The translations under genes and the position numbers were made by a program. From Chiloscyllium plagiosum (lineage: Eukaryota): a stretch of 59,418 bases of DNA. The notes under the pieces were generated by a model. That model made no database searches, was not told the origin of the DNA, and was given only the letters and a program-made list of their open reading frames with translations. Shown in pieces: positions 11,169-23,689 of the stretch (positions are counted from its first letter, which is position 1; each line of letters opens with the position of its first letter). Location: positions 14,033,387-14,092,804 of the forward strand of contig NC_057750.1 in assembly GCF_004010195.1 (NCBI RefSeq). Direction: 5' to 3'.

Positions 11169-11204
11169 TTGGCTAAATATTTTTTTTTACTGTTTCTAAA
11201 GCAA

Positions 11205-12420
11205 TGATATCTCCTTTTCAAGTATAGAGACCAGAGATGCTCTCGCCAATGCAGCTACTGTAACATGTCTCCACTTTTACATTCCATTCTCTTTGCAATA
11301 CATGGCAATATTCCATTTGCCTTCCTTATCTCTTGTAGCATCTGCATACTAACTTTAGTGCTTCATACTTCAGAACATCCAGATTCCTCTGTACCACCAG
11401 GTTTTGTAATGACTGTCCATTGAAATAATTTGCTCCTTTCCTATCCTTCCTGCCAAAGTGGATGAGTTCACTTTTCCCACCTTATATTCCACTCTGTCAC
11501 CCTTTCCCCCACTCACTCTATCCTTTTGCAGACTCTCTAGCTCTGTTTGACAACTCACTTTCCAGCCTCACTGGGTGTCATTGGCAAAGTTAGCTTCCAT
11601 ACATTCCTACATCCAAGTCATCAATCCAATATATTACAAACTAAGGCCCCAGCACTGATACCTAGTTATAGCTTGCCAACCTGAAAAACAGCTGTTTATC
11701 CTTACTCTCTGCTTCAAGTTAATTAAATAATCCTTTGCCCATGCTCAAACAAAAACTGGAGAAACCCTTAGAAATAGAAAATGCTGGAGAAACTCAGCAG
11801 GTCTGGCAGCATCTATAGAGAGAAAACCAGAGTTCACCTTTTGAGTCTAGTAACCCTGAGTTCTGTTTCTCTGGCACTTTCTGATTTAGTCTCAGATTTC
11901 CAACATCCACCGTTCATTGCTTTTATCATTTATCCATGCTAATCTGTTACATCCAAGACCATGGGACCTTCTCTTGTTTTTCAGATTTGAAATGGAAATC
12001 ATATGTCTTTTGGAAATCCAAGTACATCAACCGACAAGTTCCAAATCTATCCTAAATGTCACATGCATCAAAAGTACAAATTATTTCAACACGATTTTTC
12101 TTTGAGAATGGATTTTCAGATTGCCTTTTCTGATCATATTAAGATCTTTGAAATATCCTGCTCTAATCTCCTTAAGAAGAGATCCTCACATTTCCCTGTG
12201 ATAGATGTTAGGCCACTTGGCTTATGGTTCCCTGCTTCCTGCATCCTTCCCTCATGAATGAAGGAGTTGCTTTTGCCACTTTCCAATCCTCTTCCTGAAT
12301 CTAAGGAATGCTGCAAGATATAACCAATGCATATACACTTTTACTGCCACTTCCTGTAAGATTCTAAGATCTAAATTGTCTGGGACATCAGCCTATAGGT
12401 CAACAGACATCCTAGCTACT
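11205..12420 (-). mobile_element. Old CR1 LINE RT region, with insertions
   Basis: Minus-strand remnants GNHKPSGLTSITGK, VDVLGFPK and EYKVGK, degenerate CR1 RT motifs. Confidence 0.7.
11770..11930. mobile_element. PLE tail fragment with internal inversion
   Basis: AATGCTGGAGAAACTCAGCAGGTCTGGCAGCATC (minus) followed by CAGATTTCCAACATC (plus). Confidence 0.6.
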
Positions 12421-12604
12421 TTTCCCTGGAAATGATGATGGTTTTCAGGTAATCCCTCCATATCACCACTTCATATTCAATTACAACAATTACCTTCATT
12501 TATATAGCTTCTTTATTGCAATGAAATGTCCCAAGGCAGCTCAGGGGGATGCAATAGCAAATGAAGTATGGCATTGAGTCAGATAACAGGATCCGTAAGG
12601 TCAG

Positions 12605-13142
12605 ATAGAGTCACAGAGACATAGAGATGTGCAGCATGGAAACCGACCCTTCCGTCCACCTTGTCCATGCCGACCAGATATCCCAACCCAATCTAGTCTC
12701 ACCTGTCAGCAACCGACCCATATCCCTCCAAACCCTTCCTATTCATATACCCATCCAGATGCTTTTTAAATGTTGCAATCGTACCAGTCTCCATCACATC
12801 CTCGGGCAGCTCATTCCATACACGTACCACCCTCTTTTAAATCTTTAAAAGAGGTTACCCCTCTTTTAAATCTTTCCCCTCTCACCCTAAACCTATGCCC
12901 TCTAGTACTGCACTCCCCCACCAAAGGGAAAAGACTTTGTCTATTTACCCTATCGATGCTCCTCATGATTTTACAAACCTCTATAAGGTCACCCCTCAGA
13001 CTCCGACGCTCCAGGGAAAACAGCCCCAGCCTGTTCAGCCTCTCCCTATAGCTCAAGTCCTCCAACCCTGGCAACATCCTTGTAAATCTTTTCTGAATCC
13101 TTTCAATTTCACAACATCCTTCTGATAGATAGGAGACCAGAA
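12605..13142 (-). mobile_element. 5'-truncated CR1 LINE
   Basis: ERIQKRFTRMLPGLEDLSYRERLNRLGLFSLERRSLRGDLIEV; CR1 tail at 12605. Confidence 0.92.
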
Positions 13143-14264
13143 CCAAAATCTTGGTCAAAGAGGTAGATTTGAGGAGTGTCTCAAAGGAGGTAAGTGAGGT
13201 CAAGAGGCAGTGAGGTGGAGGATGTGATTAATGAAGGGTAGTCCTTTCACCAGGAGAAACCTTCACACATTAGTGCCACATTGGTTCCCATTCCAACAAA
13301 CAAAACAGCCATGTCAAGAGAATTAAACAGAGTAAAAATCACCATCACAGTTAGTTTTTGGCTACCAACTGGGAAAAGAAGGAAGAAAAATATTCAGTGT
13401 TTAAATACTGATTATTATGCCCTCAGCCTTCTAACCCTCCTGAGTAGAGCTTTATCAAATGTTTATTAAAATTTCAGGTAAACAAGATCCGCTTGACTAC
13501 TCTTGTCAAGCAATACATTACCCAACAATTCCCAGTAACATGAGCCATGTTATGTTCATTGACTGGTGGGTTCTAAGTAAATGAAAGGACATGGGGATCA
13601 TGTGGAAATGTGGAAGTAATGACAATTTTAATCATTGCAAACGGATCAGCTATAATCTTATTGAATGGAGGAGCAGACCCAAGGGGTCGCATGATCTCTT
13701 TCTGATCCTCTCTTGGATACTCATGTACATGTCATAGAGTCATAGAGATGTACAGCATGGAAACAGACCCTTCGGTCCAACCCGTCCATGCTGACCAGAT
13801 ATCCCAATCCAATCTAGTCCCACCCATATGGTATGTCTCTTTTATTTGATTGGTGGAACAGGTTCAAAGTTAAACAGCAGACTCTTGCCCCTATTTGTTA
13901 AGTCCTATTCCTTTGAATCTTGCTGCCTTTTCAATTAACTTTCTTTACAAAAGCGATGGACAAAAGCCTTGTCAGCAACATCCACATCCCATGACTGAAA
14001 TTAAACAAGTGGGAATTCCCGACGATAGTAAGAGCAGGTGAATTATAATGCTGAGTCGTTCTCTATTTTAACAGTGAAAGCTCACTGCTTCTCAAACCTC
14101 TTAAACTTCTGTAACTTCCAAACGTAGTCCCTTGGTAGTGTCACCAGAACGATAGCCAGATCCTCAAAGCTTATACTTGTCAGGACAGGTGCAAAAATGG
14201 TAGAGTTCAAAGGAAGCAACAAATTCACTGCATGAGTGAAAAAGACTGAGTTGGCAAACCAAAG

Positions 14265-14588
14265 GAGGGGAACTTGCAGGGGTGGTGTCCTCATGTAGCC
14301 ACTTCTCTTGTCCTTCCAGGTGGAGGTGGTTATGGGTTTGGAAGGTGCTGTCTTTGGTGAATTTCTGCAGTGCATCTTGTAGATGCTATTAAGCGTCAGT
14401 GATGGAGGGAGTTGATGCTTGTGGATGTGGGTCAATCAAACTGTCTGCTTTATCCAAATGGTGTTGAGCCCCTTCAGTATTGTGGGAGCTTCACTCATCC
14501 AGGCAAATGGGAAGTGTTCCCTCATACTTCTGACTTGTGCCTTGGTAGCAGGCTCTGGGCAGTTGTGAGGTGAGTAACTCATTGCTGT
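14265..14588 (-). mobile_element. Family-B LINE fragment
   Basis: IYKMHCRNSP motif; homologous to 6340-6590. Confidence 0.7.
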
Positions 14589-14594
14589 TTGGAT

Positions 14595-15035
14595 TTCATT
14601 GAATCCCTACAGCGCGGAAGCAGGCCATTCAGCCCATCGAGTTCACACCAACGTTCTGAAGAGCATCACAGTCTATCCTGTAATCCTGCATTTCCCATGG
14701 CTAATCCACCTTCCATGCATGTCCCTAGACACATGGGCAGTTTAGGAGAAAGTGAGGACTGCAGATGCTGGAGATCAGAGTCGAGAGTGTGGGCAGGTCA
14801 GGCAGCATCCGAGGAGCAGGAGAATCGAAGTTTCGGGCAAAAGTCCTTCATCAGGAATTGGGCAGTTTCGCTTGCCCAATCCATCTAAACTGCACATCTT
14901 TGGAATGTAGGAAGAAACTGGAGCACCCGGAGGAAACTCACACAGACATGGGGAGAACATATAAACTCCACACAGACAGTCATCAAAGGGTGGAATCCAA
15001 CCCAGGTCCCTGGTGCTGAGAGGCAACAGCGAGAA
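14595..15035 (-). mobile_element. Older V-SINE interrupted by a PLE micro-insertion
   Basis: V-domain reverse complement GGAGCACCCGGAGGAAACTCACACAGACATGGGGAGAAC. Confidence 0.85.
14744..14858 (-). mobile_element. PLE-tail micro-insertion with HHR motif and 10-bp TSD
   Basis: TGGGCAGTTT at 14734-14743 and 14859-14868; minus strand starts ATTC-CTGATGA-A-GGACTTTTGCCC-GAAA. Confidence 0.85.
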
Positions 15036-15074
15036 CCCAACATAATGCCCCTTGTAGTCACCCTATCTTCCACT

Positions 15075-15405
15075 ACACTGCTGAGGGAGTGCTGCACTGT
15101 TGGATGTAAGGCTAAACTGTGTCCAACACCCGTCACCTCAAACTCTTATGTCCTTGCAATTGAATGCAAATTTAGCAAGGGACTATTTTGGAGTTGAGGA
15201 GTATATTCTCCGGACAATATTTATCACTGAAATGACATCATTAAAACAGATTGGTCATTATCACTTTGTTGATTGTGTGAATGTGCTGTGCACAAATTGG
15301 TTGTTGTATTTTTCAACGTGACAAAAATGACCACACTTCAAAGCGGCTACATTGGCTGTAAAGCACCCTGAGGTTGCAGAATGCTCTTTACACATGTCAA
15401 TCTTT
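15075..15405 (+). mobile_element. Deu-domain SINE (SacSINE1-like), decayed
   Basis: GAGGGAGTGCTGCACTG head region; GGTCATTATCAC...GCTGTGCACAAATTGG...CATTGGCTGTAAAGCAC 3' region. Confidence 0.65.
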
Positions 15406-16579
15406 CCCTCATTGTTATCAGAATCCTTACCTTTCCTCTCTTGACAATCACTTCAAATATCTTCACCAAAATTTTCTCTCTTTTATTTCTGGAATCTGCC
15501 TCACTTTCCATGATCAATGCTTTGAACCAAAGCTCAAATGGAATTATTCTCAGTTTGTTTAGATTCCTTTTATTTCACTTCACCTTGAATTGCAGGAATA
15601 TTTAATCATAAGCTGCAGATCTTGTCACGCAGGTATAAAACAGTCGTGAAACATTCTGATATAGAATTGTATCTGACACGATGAAACTTCTGGGCAGTAA
15701 CATGTTGGAAAGTAAGTACCTTGTTTTTGTCACATTTGAGTTCATTGTTAGCGCTTCAAATCCTTATTTATTTAAAAAGGGTCACATGTGTTTGCTATTG
15801 AAGAAGAGTGTAATGCTTGATATGAAAAGAGATTGAAACAATAAACCTCATTGTAATGGAAGCGGGCGTCTGCCAAAAGGGGTTGCCGGTGAGCACACAA
15901 GTGATACCTCAGATTTCAGACTTATTCAGCTGCATCATGTTAGCACCTTGTTTATTTTATAATGAACATCTGCCGGAGCATTCCACCGCCACTGGATCAT
16001 TGGGATTTCCTCCTCAGATCACGGGCCCCAATTTTAATTCCCCCCATCTGGTGGAAATCAGGTGGTGCGTAGTCAAAATAATGGGAGCGGTAATGACCTG
16101 GAAACAGGATTGGTGGAAATAGAGATGATGACTGTTTTCAGAAAGAAAATTGGCTGGGCACTTAAGGGAAATTACATGGCTGTGGAGAATGGGACTGACA
16201 GATTGCATGGACCTGATGGGCTGAATGGCTTCCATCTCCTCCTCAAAGGACGAATGCATGGTGAGATGGTAGGGGGGGAGCCCTCACCTGCCAGATGGAG
16301 AGCTGGCAAATTACTTGCACTGTCTCTTCTGAGGAAAACCCACTGAATCGTATGCCCTTACCTGATCCAGACTCCAGGGGGCAGAAGTTGTGCCCAGAGA
16401 GAACAGCTAGCCAATCAGGGGCTGGCAGCTCTTACACTCATTATTGACATGGAGTTGTCAGTAGCTGCTGCTCATTGGATGAGCAACCTCAGGAACCCCG
16501 GGGGGGGATCTTGCGGTCAAATTAATTGATATGTAAGGGGAGGGGTTTCTCAGATATCTCCCCAAACATTTGATGTTTT

Positions 16580-16915
16580 TAGCCTTACAAACTATATCTG
16601 ACTTCTTCTTTCAAACATTCAATGTTTTGGCCTCAACCACTTTCTGTAGCAGAGAATTCCATAGGCTTCCCACTCTTTGGGTGAAGACATCTTTCCTCAA
16701 CTCAGTCCTAAATGGTCTATCCCAGACCCTTAAACTGTGACCCTAGGTTCAGGACTCTCTGGTCATCAGAAACATCCTCCCTACCTTTACCCAGCCTGGT
16801 CTTGTTAGAATTGTTTAGATTTCTATAAGAGACCCTTTTTTCTTCAAAGCTCCAGTGAGTATAGTCTTAACCAATTCAATCTCTCTTCATATGTCAGTTG
16901 TGCAATCCCAGAAAT
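16580..16915 (-). mobile_element. CR1 LINE fragment
   Basis: Reverse complement of the CR1 C-terminal region (WNSLLQKVVEAKTLNV). Confidence 0.7.
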
Positions 16916-17461
16916 TGCAAGCAAAGGAATGGGTGTGGCCCCCATTCCCCTGCCCAATGACCAGACCCTCAATCAGGTACTGGTATCTTTAATTGAGGGG
17001 AAACCCCCAAACCCCCTTAATTTGAGGTGACAAGTAGAGTAGCAGTTGTCATGCATAACACATAGGTCTCTGGCTGGTAGGGCCTCAATTGATGCTGGAA
17101 AATCTCTTGCATATTGATCATTCTGAACCCAAAAGTAAGTAAATGTGTTTTAATGTTTTTCTCTCTCTCTCTCTTGTTGTAAACCCATTCTCATTCGCAC
17201 TCCAAAAGGCTGGTTTGAAATCATAGTTTCTGAATGACTGAACTTGTTGATTTTTGAAAACATCTTTCATAAGAGACCCAACACCCATATACCACTTGTT
17301 TGAAACCCAAACACTGAAAAAAATGATATATATATATAAATCAAACACCTTTCATCACCTCATTCCAGCAGCAGCCAGGAGGTGGTCAATATTAGGTACA
17401 CCATATCCTGCTTGTTTTTCTTCCAACCTTGCCATCTTAAGCAACAGAAGATTCCTCTCTA

Positions 17462-17755
17462 AGGGCGGAATATTGTAGGGCTCTCGTAGACATATGCTAT
17501 GGTGAAATTTCAACTGAACTGGGTGAGAACTCTGGTGAGGCCTATCTTGACATCACATTGTCTTTTATGTTTTTGACAAGCAACGTGGTGAGTTTCTCAC
17601 TAGGCACTGTCAAGTTGTCAATTGGCGGGTTATAGTTGTTAAGTGCCCTGTTAATGCCACAAGATAGCTCATTAATGTTTATCTTTTCATCTTACAAAAC
17701 GCACCAAAGACGGTAAGCTTTGAGAAATCTCAACAGGTAAATCAGGGTGGGTACA
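17462..17755. mobile_element. Probable PIF/Harbinger-type terminal fragment
   Basis: Starts GGGCGGAAT; subterminal GTTAAGTGCCCTGTTAA...CTCATTAAT resembles the reverse complement of 38190-38232. Confidence 0.4.
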
Positions 17756-17759
17756 TGAC

Positions 17760-18190
17760 CATAGGGAGAGGCTGAATACTCTGGGATTTCTTTCCCTGGA
17801 ATGTTGGAGGCTGAGGGGGTGACCTTATAGAGGCTTATAAAATAATGAGGGGCATGGATCAGGTGAATAGCCAAGGTCTTTGTTGTCAAGGGAGGGGGCC
17901 AGGGGGGTTTAAAACAATAGGGCATAGGTTTAAGGTGAGAGGGGAATGATTTAAAATGACCTGAGGGACAACATTTTCATGCAGAAGGTGGTGTGTGTAT
18001 GGAATGAGCTGCCAAAGGAAGTGGTGGAGGCTGGTACAATTACAACATTTAAAAGGCTTCCGGATGTGTATATGAATAGAAAGGTTAGAGGGATATGGGC
18101 CAAGTGCTAGCAAATGGGACTTGGGATGTTTGGTCACAATGGATAAGTTGGACCAAAGGATCTGTTTCCTTGCTCTATGGTACTATGAAC
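17760..18190 (+). mobile_element. 5'-truncated CR1 LINE
   Basis: DLIEAYKIMRGMDQV...WNELPKEVVEAG followed by a CR1 tail. Confidence 0.88.
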
Positions 18191-18338
18191 ATTAGCTCTC
18201 CACTTGCTCCAACAATCACCCATATTGCTATCAACATCTCAGGGCTTGGTCCAGGGGTACATGCTACGTACACACTCAAAATCTACGCACATTTGCATCA
18301 ATGTGTGATTAGCTCAGTGCTTAAAAGTTGGCAGTTAA

Positions 18339-18423
18339 AGAAGGGCTTATGCCCGAAACGTCGATTCTCCTGTTCCCTGGATGCTGCCTGACCTGCTGCG
18401 CTTTTCCAGCAACACATTTCCAG
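18339..18423 (+). mobile_element. 85-bp PLE-tail insertion flanked by 41-bp direct repeats
   Basis: AGAAGGGCTTATGCCCGAAACGTCG...CAACACATTTCCAG is nearly identical to 41762-41846; repeats at 18298-18338 and 18424-18464. Confidence 0.9.
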
Positions 18424-18674
18424 TCAATGTGTGATTAGCTCAGTGCTTAAAAGTTGGCAGTTAAGTAGGGCATGTTCTTACCTTGAACCACCATTGCTCG
18501 ATGCCTTGTAAACCCTCATGCTACATCTCAATCCACTTACAGGATGCTTCTGCACCTCAATACTGTGGACTGTACTGGCAACAAACATTGCAACAAACAC
18601 TGTTGCCCTCAGCAGCACTCGCCCATCACATAGACTGGACTAGTTGCACCTCTGGGCTCATAGTTCACTCTCAT

Positions 18675-19020
18675 TTTTTATTCATTCACAGAATATTGGT
18701 GTCCCTGGCTAGGCCAGCATTTATTGCATATCACTAATTGCCCAGAGAGCAGTTGAAAGTCAACTACATTGCTATGGGTCTGGAGACACATGTAGGCCAG
18801 ACCAGGTGAGGATAGCTGATTTCCTTCCCTAAAGGGCATTTCTGAAAATCGATGATGGCTTCATAGTCATCAGTAGATACTTAACTCTAGATTTTTAAAA
18901 AATTGAATTCACATTTCACCATCTGCTCTGGGGGGATTCAAACCTGGGTCCCCAGAACCTTTGCTGAGTTTCTAGATTGACAGTCTAATGATATTACCAC
19001 TTGGTCTTTGCCTCTCCATT
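18675..19020 (-). mobile_element. tRNA-derived SINE family 2
   Basis: GGCCAGCATTTATTGC tail, TGTAGGCCAGACCAGG core, B-box-like GGTTTGAATCC on the minus strand. Confidence 0.8.
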
Positions 19021-20214
19021 GCACTCATATATATATTTTGCAAGTACCTCTACAAATTTTATGAATAAAATATGTACTGAATACATATTTTATTCATGAA
19101 ATTTGTAAAAATACTTTCAAAAAGATTTCACACTGGACATTATAGAGCGTGCAATGATATTCACCCTTTTCCACACAGTTTATTGCCGTTTGATTTGCCT
19201 TATTACAATTACAATATGTGTGATGTTTAATATATTCATTTGACATCAAGCTTACATCTCGATGATACGACACATTTTCTAGCCCCTCCCCACACAACGG
19301 TTGAAAGGGTTTTCACCAACTTACCTTTGAGTAGGTTCCCCAAGTCCTGGACCTTGAGATGTCCTTGTCCCTATTCTCTGCAGGGTCTGGTCAGACGCAC
19401 ATAAAATCAGACCAATAACTGCTGCTGAAGGGCGATCAATTCTTGGTGAACATGGAAAATTCAAACAGGAATAGGCCATTCGCTCCCTCGAGCCTGGTCC
19501 ACCATTCAACTGAACCACGGCTGATCTTCTCCCTCAGCATCACTGTTTGCACACTCACTGGGTTTCCCTCAATATCTTTACAATCTCGAAATCTCTAAAT
19601 TTCTATCTTGAACATACTTAACGACTGATCCTCCACAACTGTCTAGGGTGGAAACCTCCAAAGCCTCATCACCTTCTGAATGAAGAGATTTCTCCTCATC
19701 CCCATGCTCACCCCTTGTTTAAAAAAGTCATTCCCTGGTTTGGCTTCCAGCGCAGAAAGCTGTTTGTAGCTGAATGCTGGACCTCTGATAGATGCTGACA
19801 TTGAAGAGGAATCATGAATCAAGGTAAGACAAGGTATCGAGCAGCGGTGGTTCAAGGTAAGAACATGTCCTACTTAACTGCAGATTTTTAAGCACTGAGC
19901 TAATCACACATTGATGCTTTTCAATAACTAAGTCTGCCATTGAAAGAATTGGAGAATGATTACATGCAACATTAAAGAGGCTAATTATTGATTGGAAATA
20001 TCAGCACCATCCCAAGGAGATGCCTTGTAGCATTGATGTGGAGAAGTGGCAGATGGACAATCGATATTCCTATTAGCATAGTTCTGTGCTGACAAGTAGC
20101 CCCATACAACTGACAACAGTTAGAGCACTGAGACTACTGTGTTGCCAGGGGACCAGAGGCCAGGGCATTAATGCAGGGGGATCAGGGTTTATTATAGACA
20201 TCAGAAGCAAGATA

Positions 20215-20372
20215 TCATAGAGTCATAGAGTCACATAGTGCAGAAACAGACTCTTTGGTCCATACAGTCCATGCCGAGCATAGTCCCAAACTAAACTAGT
20301 CTCACCTTCCTGCTCTTGGCCCATATCCCTCCAAACCTTTGCCATTCATGTACTTAACTAAGTGTCCTTTAA
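20215..20372 (-). mobile_element. CR1 3' tail
   Basis: Tandem TCATAGAG tail, CCCATATCCCTCCAAACC. Confidence 0.8.
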
Positions 20373-20859
20373 ACAAAAGAGAGAAAGAGAAGTGCAACAC
20401 AGGAACAGGTCCTTCGGCCCTCCAAACCAATCACCATGCCCGAACTAAATTAAAAAACAAACCATCTGTCCTTATTCAGTCCGTATCCCTGTATCCCCCC
20501 CCCCCCCCCCCCCCCAGTCACGTAACCAGATTCTAGATGCCTGTTCAATGTCACAAATGTGCCTGCTTTCCACCTCTCCTGACATTGCATTCCAGGCTTC
20601 TACCACTCTCTGCATAAACAAACTTCCCTTGTACATCTCCCTTAAACATTCCCCCCCCCCACCTTGAAATTGCAACTTCAACCCTGGGAAAAAGCCTCTG
20701 ACTATCTACCTTCTCAATGCCTCTTATAATTTTGTAGACTTCTATCAGTGCACCTCTCAGCCGCCATCTTTCCAGTGAAAACAAACCTCATCTTTTTAAC
20801 CTTTCCTCATGCTCAATGCTCTTGAGATCAGGCAACTCTCTCCAAAGCTTCCATGTTTG

Positions 20860-21200
20860 GGGTGGCATGGTGACTCAGTGGTCAGCACTGCTGCCTCACA
20901 GTGCAAGGGACCCAGGTTCAATTCCCGCCTCGGGCAACTGTCTGTGTGGAGTTTGTACATTCTCCCCGTGTCTGCGTGGGTTTCCTCCGGGGTGCTCTGG
21001 TTTCCTCCCACAGTCCAAAGATGTGCAGGTCAGGTGAATTGGCCATGATAAATTGCCCATAGTGTTGGGTGCGTTAGTCGGGGTAAATGTAGGGGAATGG
21101 GTCTGGGTGGGTTGCTCTTCGGAGGATCGGTGTGGACTTGTTGGGCCGAAGGGCCAGTTTCCACACTGTAGGGAATCTAATCTAATCTAATCTAAAAAAA
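20860..21200 (+). mobile_element. HE1-type V-SINE
   Basis: A-box-like TGACTCAGTGG, B box GGTTCAATTCC, V-domain, (TAATC)n tail. Confidence 0.94.
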
Positions 21201-22561
21201 TCCTTCTGGTAATGTGGCAACCAAAACTGCACACATTATTCCAAATGCAGCCTAACAAGGGTTTTATGTAGCTGCAACATGGCATGCCAATTCTTGTGCT
21301 CCATGCTCTGGCTGATTAAGGCAAGTATGCCACATGCCTTCTTAATCACCTTGGCCACCTGTGTTGCCACTTTTAGGGAACTGTAGATCTGAACACCTAG
21401 ATCTGTCTGTATGTTACTGTTCCTAAGGGTTCTACCATTTACAGCATAATTCACACCTAAATTTGATTCTCCAAAATGCATCACCTCACATTCGTTTGGA
21501 TTAGACTCCATCTGCCACTTCTGTGCCCAGGTCGCCAATCTATCTATATCCTGTTGTATCCTTTCACAATCGTTAGCCCTATCCGCAACTCCACCAATCT
21601 TTGTGTCATCTGCAAACTTACTAAACAGCCCACCCACATTTTCCTCCAGATCATTTATATATACTATAAACAACAGAGGACCTAAGACTGTGGAACACCA
21701 TTAGTTGCTGCTCTCCATTCTGAAAAACATCCTTCTACCACCTTTGTCTTCTATGACCAAACCAGTTTTGTATCCATTTAGCCAGTCCACCATGGATCCC
21801 ATGTGATTTTAGCTTTTGTACCAATTTGCCATGTGGGACTTCATCCAAAGCCTTACGCAAGTCCATACAAACTACATCCACAGCCCTTCCCTCATCAATT
21901 ATCTTTGTCACCTCCTCAAACATTTCAATCAGGTTGGTGAGACATGACTTTCCCCATATAAAACCATGCTACCTGTCACTAACTAGTCCATATTTTTCCA
22001 AATGTGCATTTATCTTGTTCCTCAGTATCTTTTCCAAAAGCTTCCCAATCATAGATGTCAACCTCATCACCTGTAATCTCCTGGACTATCCCTACTTCCT
22101 TTCTTAAACAAGGAAACAGCAGTGGCTTATCTCTAGTTCTCTGGAACCTCACCTGTGGTCAAAGAGAACGTGAAGATATCTGCTAATAGCCTAGCTATTT
22201 CGTCCCTTGCCTGTCACAGTAATCTGGGTTAGATCCCATCTGGCCCTGAGGACTTGTCTACCTTAATGCAATTTAGGATACCCAAAACCTTTCTCCTTCA
22301 ATGTTTTGCCATTCTCCAGAAGATTCACACATTCATCCCTGACCTCAACATCAGTCATGTCCACCTCCTTGGTGAATACTGATACAAAATACTCATTAAG
22401 GATGTCTCCCATTTCCTGTGGCTCCATGCTTAACCTCCCGCCTTTACACTTGGGTGGGCCAACTCTTTCCCTTGCTACCCTCTTTCTTCTAATATATGCA
22501 TCAAAAGCCTTGGGACTCTCCTTGACTCTGTTTGCTAAAGATGTCTCATGGCCCCTCCTAA

Positions 22562-23021
22562 TGAATTGAATTGAATTTATTGTCATGTGTATCGAGGCAC
22601 AGTGAAAAGCAGGTAGATCACAGAGTTAAGTAGCATAGATAAGTAAATAATAGGTAAACAGCGGCAAAAACAAAAACACAGGTACAGGCGAATGTTAAGA
22701 GTTTGTGAGTCCATTCAGTATTCTAACAGCAGTGGGGTAGAAACTGTTTCAAAACTGGCAGGTGTGTGTGTTCAGGCTTCTGTACCTTCTCCCCACTGGT
22801 AGATGTTGTAGAAAAACATTGCCAGGGTGGGATGGATCTTTGAGAATGCTGGCGGCCTTTCCTTGACAGCGGGCCTAGTAGATGGATTCTAGAGATGGGA
22901 GGTTGGCCTTTGTGATTGTCCAGGCCGAGTTCACCACTCACTTTAATCTTCTCCAACTGGTAAATTTGCCTTACCAGGTAGTGATACATCCAGATAGAAT
23001 GCTCTAGATGGCACACCTATA
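22562..23021 (-). mobile_element. Rex1/Babar LINE 3' fragment
   Basis: RCAI-SILSGCITTW motif on the minus strand; tail ACATGACAATAAA(TTCAA)n; homologous to 45644-46190. Confidence 0.85.
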
Positions 23022-23144
23022 TTCTGTGTTTACATTCCTTCCTAATTTCTCTCCAATCCCCAAGGGTTGTCAGTTTGTAGCTGCCTGGACGTATCATATG
23101 CTTCCTTTTTCCTTTTGACTCAGCTTACAATTTCCCTTGTCATC

Positions 23145-23530
23145 CATTGTAATTGTGCACACATCCACCACTTCCTTAGGAAGTTCATTCCAATGGGAAC
23201 CATTCTACATGTAAAAATTTGCCCCTCATGCCTTTTCTTAAATCTGTCTCCTCTCACCTTAAAAATATGCCCTCTCATCTTGAAATCCCCAACCCACAGA
23301 ATAGACACTTGCCATTCACCTTAACTGCGCACATCATGATTTTATAAACCTTTATAAGGTTACCTCTCAACCTCCAGTGCTCCAGTGAAAAAGGTCTCAA
23401 CCTATCCAGCCTTTCTTCATAACTCAAGCCTACCATATCTGGCAACATCCTGGTAAATCTCTTCTGAGCCCCATCTAGCTTAATAATATCCTTCCTGAAA
23501 CTAGGCAACTAGAACTGGACATGGTACTCC
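23145..23530 (-). mobile_element. CR1 LINE fragment
   Basis: PSFRKDIIKLDGAQKRFTRMLP...LRGNLIKVYK. Confidence 0.88.
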
Positions 23531-23689
23531 ACCACAGCTGTATATCACAGTCTGTCTAGTTCCTCTTTTGGTGAATTAATGGTAGGATAGTGGACTTTCT
23601 TCATTAAGAAAGTTACGTGGACAGTGAAGATTGACCTGTGACACTACACCATATTCCAGGAGGACGTTAAAGGCCTAGAGAAAGGGAGA

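Larger units (their letters stand above)
18295..19917. repeat. 89-bp inverted repeat pair enclosing about 1.6 kb
   Basis: Left arm 18295-18338 plus 18465-18509; right arm 19829-19917; 7 mismatches and no indels. Confidence 0.9.
20380..23135 (-). mobile_element. Long decayed CR1 LINE (linker, RT and C-terminus), interrupted by HE1 and Rex1
   Basis: LANRVKESPKAFDAYIRRKR, VDVVCMDLRKALDEVPHGKLVQKL, YINDLEENVGGLFSKFADDTKIGG, FSLERWRLRGALIEVYK. Confidence 0.93.

Noticed and set aside
10858..11221. Recurring small ORFs such as MVAQWLALIPHSARDPGSIP
   Set aside because: Chance translations of HE1 SINE copies
21236..22586. Functional reverse transcriptase gene
   Set aside because: Multiple frameshifts, stops and nested insertions; a dead CR1 copy
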